Origin: Mesorhizobium sp.
GTDB taxonomy: Bacteria > Pseudomonadota > Alphaproteobacteria > Rhizobiales > Rhizobiaceae
Assembly: GCA_022833215.1 (NCBI GenBank)
Contig: JAIPUZ010000106.1
Coordinates: 7,515-71,514, forward strand
DNA length: 64,000 bases
Reading direction: 5' to 3'
The position numbers were made by a program, and so were the translations under genes. The number at the start of each line of letters is the position of its first letter. The stretch's first letter is position 1. This document shows, in pieces, positions 61,403 to 64,000 of the stretch. The notes beneath the pieces are model-generated. The model had not been told where the DNA came from. It made no database searches and saw only the letters and a list, made by a program, of their open reading frames with translations.

Positions 61403-62108
61403 GATCATTTTCGATACGGAAACCACAGGTCTCGATGCGCGTGAGGATCGCATCATCGAGATCGGCGGCGTCGAGCTGGTAAACCGGTTTCCGACCGGCC
61501 GCACCTTTCACAAATACATCAATCCCCAGGGGCGCCAGATCCATCCCGACGCACAGGCCGTACATGGCATCAGCGCCGACGATCTGGCAGGAAAGCCGGT
61601 TTTCCCGGAGATCGCCGAAGAATTCATGGCTTTCGTGGAAGGCGCGAAGCTCGTTGCCCACAACGCCAGTTTCGACATCAATTTCATCAATGCCGAATTC
61701 GCCCGGCTGGGTCACCCGCCGGTGGCTTCGGAACTTGTGGTCGATACGCTGGCGCTCGCCAAGCGCAAGCATCCGATGGGTCCCAATTCGCTCGATGCCC
61801 TGTGCCGCCGCTACGGCATCGACAACAGCCATCGCACCAAGCACGGCGCCCTGCTCGATTCCGAGTTGCTCGCGGAAGTCTATATCGAACTGATCGGCGG
61901 CAAGCAGGCGGCGCTCGTGCTGGACACGGCCGTCGTCTCCGGTGTCGAGCAGGTCAGCACCGAGACGGCCGAGGTCAGGATCGGTGCGCGCCCCTCACCC
62001 CTGCCGTCGCGGCTGAGCGAGGCCGACCGCGCCGCTCATTCCGCGCTGGTCGATTCGATGGGCGAAAAGGCCGTATGGCTACAGGTTGCAGATCGTGCCG
62101 CGACCTGA
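61395..62108 (+). CDS. dnaQ: DNA polymerase III epsilon subunit
   Basis: DTETTG, HNASFD and [14 protein letters not shown]. Confidence 0.97.
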   Translation: MREIIFDTETTGLDAREDRIIEIGGVELVNRFPTGRTFHKYINPQGRQIHPDAQAVHGISADDLAGKPVFPEIAEEFMAFVEGAKLVAHNASFDINFINAEFARLGHPPVASELVVDTLALAKRKHPMGPNSLDALCRRYGIDNSHRTKHGALLDSELLAEVYIELIGGKQAALVLDTAVVSGVEQVSTETAEVRIGARPSPLPSRLSEADRAAHSALVDSMGEKAVWLQVADRAAT

Positions 62109-62162
62109 AACCGAATATAAGACATTGATTTTATTATTGTTTTATAGGAAATCGACGCAAAT

Positions 62163-62190
62163 AAAAACCCGGCGCGAAGCCGGGTTTTTT
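62163..62190. terminator. Bidirectional intrinsic terminator between dnaQ and secB
   Basis: AAAAACCCGGC-GCGAA-GCCGGGTTTTTT. Confidence 0.9.
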
Positions 62191-62212
62191 GTATCGTCAT
62201 CGCGGCTGGGGC

Positions 62213-62713
62213 TCAGCTTACCTGAACCTTGGAAGCCGCCTGATCCTCGGCCAGCTTCTGCTGGAACATCTGTGCGAAGTCGATCGGATCGAGCATCAGG
62301 GGCGGGAAGCCGCCGTTGCGGGTTGCGTCGGCGATGATCTGGCGCGCGAAGGGGAACAGCAGGCGCGGGCATTCGATGAACAGGATCGGCAGCATGTGCT
62401 CCTGCGGGAAACCGTCGATGTTGAAGACGCCGCCATAGACGAGTTCGACATTGAACAGCACATCCTTGTCGACGGTGGCTTTGGCCGTCAGGGACAGGAT
62501 CACGTCGAACTGCTTTTCCGAAAGCGGATTGGCATTGACGTTGACATTGATGGCGATGCCCGGAGCCTTGTCGCGGCCACGCAGAGAGTTTGGCGCGCCG
62601 GGGCTCTCGAAGGACAGGTCCTTCACATACTGCGCCAGCACGTTGAGCGTGGGCTGCTGCTGGGTTGCGTTGCCATTGCCGTTGCCGGCTTTCTTTTCAT
62701 TGTCGTCGGCCAT
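62213..62713 (-). CDS. secB: Protein-export chaperone SecB
   Basis: [25 protein letters not shown] and [13 protein letters not shown]. Confidence 0.97.
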   Translation of the reverse strand: MADDNEKKAGNGNGNATQQQPTLNVLAQYVKDLSFESPGAPNSLRGRDKAPGIAINVNVNANPLSEKQFDVILSLTAKATVDKDVLFNVELVYGGVFNIDGFPQEHMLPILFIECPRLLFPFARQIIADATRNGGFPPLMLDPIDFAQMFQQKLAEDQAASKVQVS

Positions 62714-62837
62714 GAGCCCTGTTCCTGTTTTCGGACCGTCCGGCCCCGAGGTGGATTCGCGGGGTTGGCTATCACGAGAGTGCCGCCAAGACAAGTTTCC
62801 GGCTGGTTTCCATGCAGCGTCCGCGCTGCGCGAGCCG

Positions 62838-63323
62838 TCATTCCTCGGGCAGACGGCGCCAGGGCGAGCTGTCGTCGGGCCGCCCCCGCGAGAAATCCTC
62901 GCTGTCGAGGTCGATGGTATGGCTGCTGGCGTCCCGGCGGAAACCGGCGGTGCCGAACTGGCTGGTGAACACGACCCGGCGCCCGAACATCTTCCAGAAC
63001 AGCGCCCGCACCGGAGGCAGGAGGATCAGCAGGCCGATGGCCGAGGTGATGAAGCCCGGAACGATGAGCAGGATGGCGGCGACGACCGCCATGGCGCTGT
63101 TGGCCAGCTGAAGGCCGGGGTCCTTGCCGGCGTCCATGGCAGCGCGCGCCCTGTTCATGGCGCCTAGCCCCTGATGACGGAGCAAGGCGCTGCCCGCCAC
63201 GGTGGAAAGCATCACCAGGCCGACGGTAGCCAGCGCGCCGATCTGCTTTCCGACAACGACGAAGCCGGCGATTTCCAGCAGCGGAAGCAGCAGAAGGAAG
63301 ACGGGGAGGAAGGAAACACGCAA
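62838..63323 (-). CDS. fxsA: FxsA family membrane protein
   Basis: [21 protein letters not shown] and [25 protein letters not shown] start assumed. Confidence 0.9.
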   Translation of the reverse strand: MRVSFLPVFLLLLPLLEIAGFVVVGKQIGALATVGLVMLSTVAGSALLRHQGLGAMNRARAAMDAGKDPGLQLANSAMAVVAAILLIVPGFITSAIGLLILLPPVRALFWKMFGRRVVFTSQFGTAGFRRDASSHTIDLDSEDFSRGRPDDSSPWRRLPEE

Positions 63324-63511
63324 ATTTGTAACCGTTTTCTGGTCGTTTAAGCCTTCGGCATCATTTGCCTCTGGCACTGGTTCCTACAGATAGGTATGCG
63401 TGCCTTTGATTTGAATGATTGTGTCTCGCGTTCTATATGCTTTGATAGGACGACGCCAGACAGGGTGCTGTGCGTTCGGTGCAGCCGCAAGAAGGGATCA
63501 TTGGCGCGCGC

Positions 63512-64000
63512 ATGGAATTCTTCGACTTCGGCACGATTTTCTTCATGATCGCGGCGGTGGTGATCTTCTTTCAGCTGCGCAACGTTCTGGGCCGCCGCAC
63601 CGGCAGCGAGCGTCCGCCCTTCGATCCCTATTCTGCGCGCAAGCAGGAAAAGCCGGGTGCCGGCGATGGCGACAACGTGGTGGCGCTGCCGCGCAAGCGC
63701 GGTGAAGCCTCCGCCGAGACCTATGCGGCCATCGACGCGCTCGCCAAACCCGAGACCGAGCTGAACAGGGGGCTGCGCGCCATCAAGGACGCGGATGCGA
63801 GCTTCGACCCGAAAGGCTTCGTCGAGGGCGCGAGCATGGCTTATGAGATGATCGTGATGGCCTATGCCGACGGCGACCGCAAGACACTCAAGAATCTGCT
63901 GTCCCGGGAGGTTTACGACGGTTTCGTCACCGCTATTTCCGAGCGCGAGGGCCGTGGCGAGAAGATCCAGTCTTCCTTCGTCGGCATCGACAAGGCCGAG
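63512..64000 (+). CDS. timA: Tim44/TimA-family adaptor protein (3'-partial, not in ORF track)
   Basis: MEFFDFGTIFFMIAAVVIFFQLRNVLGRRTGSERPP...FDPKGFVEGASMAYEMIVMAYADGDRKTLKNLLSREVY. Confidence 0.88.
   Translation, partial: MEFFDFGTIFFMIAAVVIFFQLRNVLGRRTGSERPPFDPYSARKQEKPGAGDGDNVVALPRKRGEASAETYAAIDALAKPETELNRGLRAIKDADASFDPKGFVEGASMAYEMIVMAYADGDRKTLKNLLSREVYDGFVTAISEREGRGEKIQSSFVGIDKAE

Overview
Alphaproteobacterial (Rhizobiales, probably Phyllobacteriaceae/Mesorhizobium-like; inferred from protein motifs and gene order) chromosomal window spanning the predicted replication origin. It is mostly core genome: the hemE/ppsR oriC interval, a parAB-rsmG-mnmG-mnmE block with four parS sites, rho, hemJ, maf-aroE-coaE-dnaQ, secB-fxsA-timA, holA, the bkd operon, aroKB, xerD, accA, cobST, a LexA-boxed imuA-imuB-dnaE2 cassette, and tRNA-Arg(CCT). 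Accessory or odd elements are: (i) a family of ~105-bp palindromic mosaic repeats (RIME/Bru-RS-like), one composite copy of which sits in-frame (54 codons) inside the signal peptide of a phytase-like esterase gene; (ii) a 1.3-kb scar made of an IS481 fragment, a 5'-truncated double-GntR regulator and an IS5 remnant carrying an 11-bp tandem repeat; (iii) a type-C-like chloramphenicol/xenobiotic acetyltransferase directly behind tRNA-Arg; (iv) an rgtE/rgt-like LPS galacturonosylation cluster; (v) a CorC/CBS protein lacking its DUF21 transport domain. I found no intact prophage, integrase-bearing island, CRISPR array or recognisable defence system, and no large new multi-gene system. Family assignments come from motifs I recognise by eye, not from database searches.
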